The notes under the pieces: model-generated | What the model was told of the DNA's origin: nothing | Seen by the model: only the letters and a program-made list of their open reading frames with translations | Databases searched by the model: none | Program-made: the position numbers and the translations under genes | Origin: a virus | Taxonomy: Duplodnaviria; Caudoviricetes | Direction: 5' to 3' (one strand) | DNA length: 50,469 nt | IMG/VR virus record: IMGVR_UViG_3300031999_000034 | Coordinates: 1 to 50,469 of that record | Shown here: positions 20,036 through 28,334 of the stretch, piece by piece | Layout: every line of letters begins with the position of its first letter | How positions within the stretch are numbered: position 1 is the first letter of the stretch

Positions 20036-20662
20036 TTACTCCTGCGAGAGCATCTCCCGCGAACCCATAAGTTCGCCGTCAATTTCCCGCTGCGATTTGT
20101 CGCGGCCAGTACTTTGTTTGACGCCACCATCCCCTGTCAGCATGACTCCGCTGCGAATTGCGATCTGGCCACGCATGGCCGCACGCGCTTCCGCTTCGAG
20201 AGCACGTCTGGACTGTTCGAGTTGCCTCGCCAGCCACACGTCCTTGGGGATCCAGCACAACACTGAATCAGTACCACGCCGCACGTAATTGTCCAGAACG
20301 GCACTACCCTGCATCTTGGCGGGCGGACCATCGATGTACAAGGACAGGGTCCGGCCGATTTCGTCATCATACGAAACCGGGGACCAGCCCCGCCATCCAC
20401 GTTCCTGCCGGTACCGAGGATTCTTCCACGACAGTACCCTGCCCGGGGGATGTGCTTTGATCTGGTGCGGATTCCTACTGGTGAACGGATCTTTGAGCAT
20501 CTGCACACTGGCGTCGACAGACTCGCCTTTGGCAATCTTCTCAGCAATCCGCTGGCGCATTTCGTCACGGAGAGTCCCAAGCTGGGACTGCAGGTCCAAA
20601 TCACTGGCGGACGCCGGCGGTTCGACCATCTGCAGTGCGGGGGGTGTCTCGGTTTTGGCCAT
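20036..20662 (-). CDS. Conserved head-module protein
   Basis: PPGRVLSW...GWSPV...VLCWIP pattern; lies between scaffold and decoration genes. Confidence 0.6.
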   Translation of the reverse strand: MAKTETPPALQMVEPPASASDLDLQSQLGTLRDEMRQRIAEKIAKGESVDASVQMLKDPFTSRNPHQIKAHPPGRVLSWKNPRYRQERGWRGWSPVSYDDEIGRTLSLYIDGPPAKMQGSAVLDNYVRRGTDSVLCWIPKDVWLARQLEQSRRALEAEARAAMRGQIAIRSGVMLTGDGGVKQSTGRDKSQREIDGELMGSREMLSQE

Positions 20663-20672
20663 GTTCTAACTC

Positions 20673-21518
20673 CTAGCCGTTTGCCAGCAGATGCGCATTG
20701 GTTTTGTAGGCCAACCTACCCTCACGAATGCGTGTCATCTGTTCGGCAGTAAACTTGCCGCCGGGCATGGCTTCGCCCAGCCGGCGTGAAACCTTATCCA
20801 ACTCGGCCTCTTCCTCGGCGGACAACTTGGCTCCAGCAACGCCCGGACCCGGAGCGAACTGGTCGCGCCCGGGCGCCAGACCGCCGTCCCGGCCGTACAC
20901 CGGACGAGGACCGTGGGTCTTGGGTGTAAGACCAAGATCCAACCCAGCCTCGTTTGCAGCATTCAGAACGGCTCTAGGATCGGTCTCCGCGAGATTGCCC
21001 ATGTCATTGAGCAGCCGGTTCGTCGCCGCATACAACTTGGAGGTCTTGTCCCGAAGTTCCGGCCAACGCGCCATTGCGGATTCGTTGGCGTCTCGTTCGA
21101 GCTGACTGAACCTTTGCGATCCAAGTTTCTTGTCCACGCTGGCCGCAACACGCTCGTCCATCATACGGTTGGAAATCAACTCGTCCAATGCCACGAGAGT
21201 CTGCGGCTGATCCGTCGGGATCTGCGCACGCATGTTACGCAGTTCCGCGATGGACATTTCGTCGAGGTTCTTGGGGCCCGCCGGCGCCGCCGGACGTGCC
21301 GCAACTGCTCCCTCGACAACACCCCGGAGGCCAGCAATCTCGGCCCGAAGATTCGCATTGGCTTCGTCCATCTTGCGAATCAACTCGCCGCGAACTTCAT
21401 CTGGACCACGGCCCTTACCGTCGGCCTTTTCACCCGGGCTAGGGGAAGTACCGGTGGGCTGGTCGGCCGGGGGCGTGACCGGCAATACGCCTTCAATCGC
21501 TTTGTCTAACACTGACAT
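20673..21518 (-). CDS. Capsid scaffolding protein
   Basis: Pro-rich N-terminus, coiled coils, position between portal and capsid, AGGAG RBS. Confidence 0.7.
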   Translation of the reverse strand: MSVLDKAIEGVLPVTPPADQPTGTSPSPGEKADGKGRGPDEVRGELIRKMDEANANLRAEIAGLRGVVEGAVAARPAAPAGPKNLDEMSIAELRNMRAQIPTDQPQTLVALDELISNRMMDERVAASVDKKLGSQRFSQLERDANESAMARWPELRDKTSKLYAATNRLLNDMGNLAETDPRAVLNAANEAGLDLGLTPKTHGPRPVYGRDGGLAPGRDQFAPGPGVAGAKLSAEEEAELDKVSRRLGEAMPGGKFTAEQMTRIREGRLAYKTNAHLLANG

Positions 21519-21575
21519 GGTCTCTCCTAGTCCGAATGACGCATCGGCGGCGTAACTCGGAGAGTGTTTGGGAAA

Positions 21576-21800
21576 CTAGGCGTGTCCCTTACGCCTTTTA
21601 CGCATGATCGAGTTCTGGAATCTCTCGCCGCTGTTCTCTTTACCCTCAGCGGCCATGGGGGTCAATCCGGCTTTCTTACCCCCTCGCATGGCTGAATTAT
21701 ACGCCTGTACTTTGCGTACTTCGGCCATGGTTTCGTCATCATTGGTTGGAAAAGCGCTGGACCCTTTAGCTTTTCTGCGAAGACTCTTGAGAAGGGCCAT
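21576..21800 (-). CDS. Small basic hypothetical protein
   Basis: 74 aa, Lys/Arg-rich, AGGA RBS. Confidence 0.55.
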   Translation of the reverse strand: MALLKSLRRKAKGSSAFPTNDDETMAEVRKVQAYNSAMRGGKKAGLTPMAAEGKENSGERFQNSIMRKRRKGHA

Positions 21801-21807
21801 GTTGTTC

Positions 21808-22002
21808 CTACTCGTGCTCGTTAAGGAAATTGACTAGAGAAACTCTTCCGGCTAAAACCCCGGAGTCATACCTGACAGCCTCGAGATTCTTACTGGCAGC
21901 CGAATGCACAACCACGACGTTCTGTTGCTGGACAAACCCAGTCAATTCCCGCATCAAGGCATGCCCCGCCTCGGACTGCAGAAAATCACGAACTTCGGAC
22001 AT
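21808..22002 (-). CDS. Small portal-adjacent helical protein
   Basis: 64 aa, start overlaps the portal stop. Confidence 0.6.
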   Translation of the reverse strand: MSEVRDFLQSEAGHALMRELTGFVQQQNVVVVHSAASKNLEAVRYDSGVLAGRVSLVNFLNEHE

Positions 22003-24380
22003 TACTGAACCCCACCTTCGAGATTGCCCAAGTCGCCGGCTGGCACATTATTCGCCATGCCCGGCTGCATCTGGCCGCCTGCCGCGAGAGCCGCCTGCAT
22101 GCCCTGCAGATGCCCGCGCTTGTGGACGGCGTACACGCCAACAGCTTCCGGCGCCATCATGTTGAACTGGGGAGTCTTTTCGTACTCCTCCATGATTCGG
22201 AGATGGTCAGGATGGTTGTCAGTAGGCAGAACCTCCAGCATGATTCCTTGGGACAGTGCCTGATTTTCCTGCTTCTGATCCATTGGCGGATGCGTGTAGG
22301 CGCCCTGCCCGGGCATAGCTGGCATCAGTCGACTGATGTCCGTGCCTTCGCCAAAGTGCCGCAGGAAATCTTCCAGCGCATTTCTACGAACTTGCGGATC
22401 CGTCGCGTAGTCGGGATGCGTCATGATCGTAGAGTATCGCACCTGCGCGATGCCACGTAGAACTTCTCGGTTCGTGTTTACACTGTTGCCAGCGAATTTG
22501 AACTGGAAACGTCCTCGGATCTGCGCAGGTGTGGTACGTTTGGGAACTGGTTTCTGGGTCGAACCAGTCACGTAATACCACTTCTCGTCCGGCATTCTCT
22601 TCTGGTACAGGCCGAAGAGTTGCTGGACCATCTCGGTCCAACCAGTCAACTGCCAGCGCGTGATCAGCACGTCGGTCTTGATGTTTCCTTCGGAGAGCAT
22701 GGCCAACGTGCCGCGCGCTGTGCGCGGAGCATTCCGCACCTGCGGCGAACCCATGTTCATCGGAGACATCGTTACGCGATCAGCGAACAACAGCAACGAA
22801 TCAAGGGCGGACAAGTTGGCCAGAGGTTCCTGCTGGAACTTGGGGAACACGATCCCGTTGATGTCACTGACCGGGACGCCTTGCCCCGGCTTGATACCGT
22901 TCAGCACTTCCGGCGTCACTGACATCGCAGCCGGCGTGAAGAAGAAGAACGGGTTGTTGATCAGTTCCTGCGAATTGTTGATGTGATTGATGATGGTGTC
23001 GATCTCGATGGCCAGAGGGGCCAGATTCTCACCAAGACCAATGGCATCCCAGCGCCCAGAAATCGGCTGGTATTTCAGTGTCGCATACGGTCGACGCCCA
23101 TGAGGAAACTCCTCGTCCAGATATCTGGCGCTGGCAACCTTCTGCAGGGCGTACGGAATGTGATAGATAACTTCGGTCGACTCGGTCTCGCCGGGGAAAT
23201 GGTCTCTGGTGTAGACCTCGAAACACAGAACCCTATTCTCGTTGTAGGGCGTATACCCTTCCGGCAAGTCAATAGTTTCTTCGCGCTGGTCGTTGCCAGT
23301 TGTTCCGGTAATCCGGTCTTTCTGCAGTGCCAGATTACGGTTGTCCGGCAGTTCCTCTTGGCGCACCGTGCGGTTAGCGCGAAGAGTTTCCAGATCCTGT
23401 TCGGTCAGATCCCATTCACCGGCTGCAACACGACGTTCGATTTCCTCGATGGTAAGCCAGAACTGCTGGGACACGCGACTGGCAGACTGGATGTCGAGGG
23501 CACGGAACGGAACAATCAGGTCTTCGTATTCGACAACCTCAACCTTGGGAGCATCGTATTCCATGACCCGACGCGACACGCGCGCGATCACCTCGTCCAC
23601 GAACTCACTGGATTCCAGTTCAACAGTGGCCCACAGACTGCGACGGTTTTCGAGGAAGGACACGTCCCAGCGAGTGCCAACTCCAGAATCCCCGTCCAGC
23701 ACCATGGCAAGTTCTGGCGAGTTGGGATCCATTCCAAGATCCGTCAACTGCTGCGTTTTTTCCGGCGTGGGGTCGTGGCGGAAATCCAGCAACGACTTCT
23801 GCAAGTTGTTGGCGCCCGGCGCTCCGAAGATGTCGGTCAGAATGTCCAGTACTGTCTTGGGGCGAGGAGCGTCCACTGGAGTGCCAGTATGATCCATCTC
23901 CTCAAGATCCCACATTTTCTTGATGCCCCACGGCTCTACGATCCGGCGCCACTTGCGGTGCCAGAAGATCTTGACGTGGGAGATGCCATCGAGAAACGCA
24001 TTACGGAACCAATTTTCAGTAGTTAGGTACAGGTCAGCAATATCAGAGTTCAGTGACCAGTCAAAGAACAGTTCGGTGTCATCTGTGTCCTCTGGCATGA
24101 ACTCGTCGGGAACCCGCTCCACCTGCACGATGGGCTGCATGCCCCAGAACGCGTTTACGCATTTGGGCACACCACCCTCGATCTTCTCGAGAATGACAGG
24201 CAGATGCACGTCAGAAGCACCGACCCATGGTCCTTGTACTGGGGCCTTGTCGCCGTAGTACAAAGCGCGCGCTAATTGGATCTTGGCCAATCTTGTACCA
24301 CGGTCATCGATGTCTCGCCTGATCAACCGCAGGAACTGTCGGCCGCGTTCCTTGCTGAACTCTTCGGTGAGTTTAATCAT
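22002..24380 (-). CDS. Portal protein (P22-like)
   Basis: PWVGASDVHLP, GISHVKI, GLGENL, RTARG, Gln-rich tail; follows terL. ATG at 24380. Confidence 0.88.
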   Translation of the reverse strand: MIKLTEEFSKERGRQFLRLIRRDIDDRGTRLAKIQLARALYYGDKAPVQGPWVGASDVHLPVILEKIEGGVPKCVNAFWGMQPIVQVERVPDEFMPEDTDDTELFFDWSLNSDIADLYLTTENWFRNAFLDGISHVKIFWHRKWRRIVEPWGIKKMWDLEEMDHTGTPVDAPRPKTVLDILTDIFGAPGANNLQKSLLDFRHDPTPEKTQQLTDLGMDPNSPELAMVLDGDSGVGTRWDVSFLENRRSLWATVELESSEFVDEVIARVSRRVMEYDAPKVEVVEYEDLIVPFRALDIQSASRVSQQFWLTIEEIERRVAAGEWDLTEQDLETLRANRTVRQEELPDNRNLALQKDRITGTTGNDQREETIDLPEGYTPYNENRVLCFEVYTRDHFPGETESTEVIYHIPYALQKVASARYLDEEFPHGRRPYATLKYQPISGRWDAIGLGENLAPLAIEIDTIINHINNSQELINNPFFFFTPAAMSVTPEVLNGIKPGQGVPVSDINGIVFPKFQQEPLANLSALDSLLLFADRVTMSPMNMGSPQVRNAPRTARGTLAMLSEGNIKTDVLITRWQLTGWTEMVQQLFGLYQKRMPDEKWYYVTGSTQKPVPKRTTPAQIRGRFQFKFAGNSVNTNREVLRGIAQVRYSTIMTHPDYATDPQVRRNALEDFLRHFGEGTDISRLMPAMPGQGAYTHPPMDQKQENQALSQGIMLEVLPTDNHPDHLRIMEEYEKTPQFNMMAPEAVGVYAVHKRGHLQGMQAALAAGGQMQPGMANNVPAGDLGNLEGGVQ

Positions 24381-24760
24381 TAATCGGTGACCACCAATTC
24401 CATGGTAGCGAGATTCGTAGTAGACTCGTTTTGCACGTACAAATGCGTAACGGTGCCTACCAGCAGTAGCGATCCATTCTCCGCAATCGGCCACAAGGCG
24501 GCAATGTCGTTCACCGCAACTTTGGCGGCACGATCAATTTCCATGAACAGCGTCACACCACTCTCGGCACCCGGCGCCGAGGTCACGCCCTTGAGATCAA
24601 TTTCCTGCGGAGCAGTCATGTGCGTGGCCAAGACAATGCGTTGGCTGGTAGACTCGGTGTACACCTTGTTGTCGTCGTAATAAACCTGATCGTACAGGAT
24701 CGCATCATTGCGCGTCAACTTGAGACGAGCACGTGTAGTCTTACGAAGTACGTCTGCCAT
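24380..24760 (-). CDS. 126-aa protein between terL and portal, paralogous to the C-terminus of 15225-17153
   Basis: LFMEIDRAAKVAVND...WP...VTHLYVQNESTTNLATMELVVTD aligns with LFLETSAPIDVAVDE...WP...VTRLYIRNNSATTMATVLLAMVD. Confidence 0.7.
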   Translation of the reverse strand: MADVLRKTTRARLKLTRNDAILYDQVYYDDNKVYTESTSQRIVLATHMTAPQEIDLKGVTSAPGAESGVTLFMEIDRAAKVAVNDIAALWPIAENGSLLLVGTVTHLYVQNESTTNLATMELVVTD

Positions 24761-26318
24761 TCCACGTGCTCCTATCGTATCCGGTGTGTGTGCCCGGCAA
24801 AACAATCTGCCGCCCGTTGGCGTGTTCTTCTGGGTCGTTCTGGGACTGCCGGCGCACAAGACCTACCAGCGTGCGATAGGACATACCAGACTGGAAGTAG
24901 TACCTGAACAAGTCGATGAAATCGTCGTTGGCCTTGACGTAGTCTTCGCGTTCGCCGTGCAGATCGCGCGCCTTCGACGACTGCCACTCGCTATGGATGA
25001 AGTTCAGGAAGTTCTGTTTAATGGGCCGGCACGTGTTGAACACGACCAGTTGGGGTTCTGACCACTCGTACTTGTCGCACTTAAGCGCGTCATGAATGGC
25101 GTCGTAGCCAGCTGCGGCGTTGCGTTTCTTGGCCAACAACGTATGCACGCCAAATTCCGCAAACCGCATCCTGATTGACAAACCGCTCGTGGGCTCGTTC
25201 TGCTGCGCGCTGGTGTCGATGACTCGCATCGCCACAGGTTCTTGCCAGTCGTCGTGCTTTTCGAACTCCAGAATCTTCTTAGCGACATCGCGCACAGTGC
25301 GCAACCTATTATCGAATAGAGCCCGATACGCAAATACTTGATCGTCGGGACTGATGGCCAGCCAGAGAACCGCTATGGGTTTTCGCGGGTGGGGATCGAT
25401 GAGACATACCCGAGGCCAGTTTCTAGGGATATCAAAGGGAGGTACCCAGAAGGGCGGCATTGGTTCCCACTGCTTGTACACCCGACCTGCAAGATGCAGG
25501 AAATTGCCGTGGAGTCTGGCTTCGAGTTCGTCTTCGCGCAAGTCCTTGAGGAAATCTTCGATGTCTTTGCGTTCGAGGTATCCACCATTTTCCTTGGCGT
25601 TGTCCCACACAGAGAATCGGTACAACTTGAGTGACTCGTCGCCTTCATTGGCGCGGTCAACCAGAATGTCGTTGATCCATGGCTGGGACAGTGGAGTCAA
25701 TGTCATCCACAGGTGTCCGCCGAAATCAATGAGTCCGCGCCGTAACGCCACGTACTTCTTGTATCCGCAGGGTTCGTCGATCCATGCCCAGTGGCCGTTC
25801 GAACCTTCGAGCGCCATGTCTTCCTGCTCGTCCGACAGGAAGTGTATCAACGACCCATTGGTCAGTTCAATCTCGGTCGGGACGCCGCGCGCATTCTTCG
25901 AGACGCGCTTGATCATCTCAGCCGGAAGCCATTCCTGAAACTTGGGCCAGATTGTCTGCTTGATGGCCTGTTCGTAGTTCTGGGCCAGCACACGCCCAAC
26001 ATTGGGAACTGGTATCGGTTGGCCGTTGGTCAACCGCACAATCCGATTAGGGTGATCGATTGGGAGCCACGGCCTATACCCAATAGCGTGCGAAATTGCC
26101 TTGGCGGCGCCATCTACCGATTTGCCTGAACGATTGGAGCCGAGCACGACCTGCACTGCAGTGGCGTCAGACTCGTGAAAGTTCTGGTTGTTGGCACGCC
26201 GAAGTGGACGATAAAAGGCTATTTTCGCAGTTCGATACGTAGTTTCAAGCGCGTCAAGTTCTAGGAGTAGTTCCTGTAACTCATCCAGATTGGTCGAAGG
26301 GGAAGGGATCGCTGACAT
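24741..26318 (-). CDS. terL: Terminase large subunit
   Basis: Walker A GSNRSGKS, Walker B WAWIDE, motif III TLTP, nuclease IDPHP...DDFIDLFRY. ATG at 26318 with GGAGG. Confidence 0.93.
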   Translation of the reverse strand: MSAIPSPSTNLDELQELLLELDALETTYRTAKIAFYRPLRRANNQNFHESDATAVQVVLGSNRSGKSVDGAAKAISHAIGYRPWLPIDHPNRIVRLTNGQPIPVPNVGRVLAQNYEQAIKQTIWPKFQEWLPAEMIKRVSKNARGVPTEIELTNGSLIHFLSDEQEDMALEGSNGHWAWIDEPCGYKKYVALRRGLIDFGGHLWMTLTPLSQPWINDILVDRANEGDESLKLYRFSVWDNAKENGGYLERKDIEDFLKDLREDELEARLHGNFLHLAGRVYKQWEPMPPFWVPPFDIPRNWPRVCLIDPHPRKPIAVLWLAISPDDQVFAYRALFDNRLRTVRDVAKKILEFEKHDDWQEPVAMRVIDTSAQQNEPTSGLSIRMRFAEFGVHTLLAKKRNAAAGYDAIHDALKCDKYEWSEPQLVVFNTCRPIKQNFLNFIHSEWQSSKARDLHGEREDYVKANDDFIDLFRYYFQSGMSYRTLVGLVRRQSQNDPEEHANGRQIVLPGTHTGYDRSTWNGRRTS

Positions 26319-26985
26319 CTTCCACCTCCGCATCCACGATATCCCGGGCGGCCGTTGCGGCCACAATCCGCTGCGCGAGATCTGGTGCTTGCTGATCGAA
26401 CTGGACATCGAGGATTCGGAGACGAGAGACGCGAGTACGAATGGCGTCGATGGTGGACTGCACGTCGCTGGGAAGTGGGATTCCAGTACTACCGCCGGCC
26501 GCCTCACGTAGCGTGGCGATGTGCTGGGAAATGGCTGCTTCCTTGTCGACAAGGATGGCCAGCGCCGTAACCTTCTGCATCAGCGACGGGCCGATTTCCT
26601 TGATGCCCGTGAGGTTGCCGTCCTTGTCGTGCAGTTCGATTCTGGTAGTCTTGAAATCGGCTGGGGTCAGGTTGTCGAGTGCCAGCAACGCTCGGTCGTG
26701 TATTTTGCCGGCGAGTGCTTCGCCGGCGTTGGCGCGCGCTTTGGCCAACGAAGTATCCTTGCGCGCTTCTTGGACAATCTTGCAGACGGTCATGTACGAG
26801 AGTCCGACTACTTCGCAAACCTTTTTGCGGCTGCCGGACACCGCAAATGCCTGTAGGACAATTTCCCGGTCGACAGCGGACAATGCCTTGCCGCGAAGTT
26901 TGCGGCGCGTCTTGGGCGCCACCCACGGTGTTCGTCTGGACGCACTTGGTTTTTCGTCGTGGGGTCGCTTAGGAGCACGTGGCAT
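26281..26985 (-). CDS. terS: Terminase small subunit (HTH)
   Basis: HTH-like SRKKVCEVVGLSYMTVCKIV; immediately upstream of terL; ATG at 26985 with GGAG. Confidence 0.7.
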   Translation of the reverse strand: MPRAPKRPHDEKPSASRRTPWVAPKTRRKLRGKALSAVDREIVLQAFAVSGSRKKVCEVVGLSYMTVCKIVQEARKDTSLAKARANAGEALAGKIHDRALLALDNLTPADFKTTRIELHDKDGNLTGIKEIGPSLMQKVTALAILVDKEAAISQHIATLREAAGGSTGIPLPSDVQSTIDAIRTRVSRLRILDVQFDQQAPDLAQRIVAATAARDIVDAEVEDVSDPFPFDQSG

Positions 26986-27012
26986 TAGTAAATTTCTCCA
27001 GGTGCCGTGTGC

Positions 27013-27081
27013 TGGCACATGTGGATTCGATGGACCACATCGCCCGTCAACAATACGGGACTCTATTTGAGCTAATGTGTT
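27013..27081 (-). ncRNA. Degenerate tRNA-like element
   Basis: CACAT TA GCTC AAATA GAGT CCCGT ATTGTTG ACGGG CGAT GTGG TCCATCGAAT CCAC ATGTG CCA: a cloverleaf with a short acceptor stem. Confidence 0.5.
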
Positions 27082-27175
27082 GTTCCAGAGACACCCGGAG
27101 AACCGACTCGTTTGGAAAGCTCCCCTGCTAGTAAACTTCGCAGTATCGTCGCTGGCCAACCGTCGGTCGGGGGGA

Positions 27176-27251
27176 TGGTAGACCCAAGTAGATTCGAACT
27201 ACTGGCCGCCTGCGTATCAGACAAGTGCTCTACCAGCTGAGCTATGGGTCT
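27176..27251 (-). tRNA. tRNA-Ile(GAT)
   Basis: AGACCCA/TGGGTCT acceptor, GCTC/GAGC D-stem, loop CTGATAC, TTCGAAT T-loop, encoded ACCA. Confidence 0.93.
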
Positions 27252-27296
27252 ACTGAGGTCCGGCGATTCGTTGAGGACAGGCTCGCCGGGGCCCAC

Positions 27297-27370
27297 TGGA
27301 TGCGGGGGCGGGAATCGAACCCGCCTAGACAGGTTATGGGCCTGTTGGGTGGCCACTACCCAACCCCGCA
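27297..27370 (-). tRNA. tRNA with CAT anticodon (initiator-Met-like)
   Basis: TGCGGGG/CCCCGCA acceptor, GGGT/ACCC D-stem, ACAGG CCCATAA CCTGT anticodon arm, TTCGATT T-loop, encoded CCA. Confidence 0.88.
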
Positions 27371-27763
27371 ACGATTAAGCCAGTTCTGCGATTCCACCTC
27401 GAAACCTTTGCGGGCGCCATATCGCCCGAGATGGATGTTGCATGAAAAGCACAGAAGACCGCGCACAGTACCGGTTTGATGGTCATGGTCGAGATGAAGA
27501 CCTTTGGCGCATTCTGTGTGGGTCTTGCCACAGATTCCGCATTTGGAGTCTTGGAGGTCTAGGAGGCGCTCGAACTCGCCATCTGGCAACCCGTATCGTT
27601 CCTTGCGGTGCGTAGTTGACACAACCGCTGGATTAGCCCGTCGGCGCCCCAAACGGGCCAATCGCCCACAGTTTTTACATTCAGTCCGTATTCCGGATCT
27701 GTCGCGGTAGAAGGCATCCAGTGGTTTACGTTCGTAGCACTTGGTACATACTTGTGTGTCCAC
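27356..27763 (-). CDS. Endonuclease VII-type HNH (putative homing) endonuclease
   Basis: CxxC..CxxC N-terminus; QDSKCGICG..LHLDHDHQTGTVRGLLCFSCN. Confidence 0.9.
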   Translation of the reverse strand: MDTQVCTKCYERKPLDAFYRDRSGIRTECKNCGRLARLGRRRANPAVVSTTHRKERYGLPDGEFERLLDLQDSKCGICGKTHTECAKGLHLDHDHQTGTVRGLLCFSCNIHLGRYGARKGFEVESQNWLNRCGVG

Positions 27764-27784
27764 GCACCCGTAACCCCTTGTCGT

Positions 27785-27844
27785 TTACTTCCTTAGCCAC
27801 CAAAAAAGGTCAATCACCGCGATTGCCAGCCAGAACTTCTCCAT
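27785..27844 (-). CDS. 19-aa hydrophobic peptide MEKFWLAIAVIDLFWWLRK
   Basis: Strong AAGGAGGT RBS; first ORF after the leftward promoter. Confidence 0.5.
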   Translation of the reverse strand: MEKFWLAIAVIDLFWWLRK

Positions 27845-27898
27845 GTGCCACCTCCTTCGGGGAACTCGCCCGTGCGCCCGAACTTAGCGAACTGGGCA

Positions 27899-27927
27899 AT
27901 TCTACCCTTTTGGACTTTTGCTGTCAA
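27899..27927 (-). promoter_or_regulatory. Sigma70-type leftward promoter
   Basis: TTGACA-17 nt-TAGAAT on the minus strand, intergenic, heading the tRNA/packaging operon. Confidence 0.8.
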
Positions 27928-27930
27928 GCG

Positions 27931-28033
27931 TTTTCTGCAAGCACCAAGGGCGCAAGGATGCCAGCCGCCTCGCAAGTTGCTGGCACACTTGGGGTTAGGT
28001 GCTAAAAGTTTTTCTGCAAGTACCAAGGGCGCA
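27931..28033 (+). repeat. 24-bp direct repeat x2
   Basis: TTTTCTGCAAG(C/T)ACCAAGGGCGCA at 27931 and 28010. Confidence 0.9.
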
Positions 28034-28221
28034 GGGGGCCCCAAACCCTGCGGGCCGGGCGGAAATCGTTTGGGTGCTTGGAGCTAGGGGTTGGGAGCTA
28101 AAGAGGACAAACTTGGTACTGGCTTGTTTGGGCAGGGGGCCCGTTCGTCTGGAAGGTTGGATGGGCGAGCTGCTAGTGCCAAGTCCCTCGTGGGGGTGAC
28201 AATCAAAATCAATGCGGGGGG

Positions 28222-28334
28222 CCCACTGATACTAGCAATCAACATCAAGTGCCGCGGCCGCATGCACTTGAGACTAGCAATCAACATCAAGCGCGCCGGA
28301 TCCCGGCCCACTGATACTAGCAATCAGCATCAAG
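28222..28334 (+). repeat. Iteron-like direct repeat x3
   Basis: ACTAGCAATCA(A/G)CATCAAG at 28231, 28273 and 28316, separated by GC-rich palindromic spacers. Confidence 0.9.

Noticed and set aside
26986-27159. N-terminal extension of terS in the ORF track
   Set aside because: The RBS supports ATG 26985, and the extension overlaps the tRNA-like element.
28222-28334. Mini-CRISPR array
   Set aside because: Spacers are only about 15-24 nt and palindromic; kept as iteron-like.
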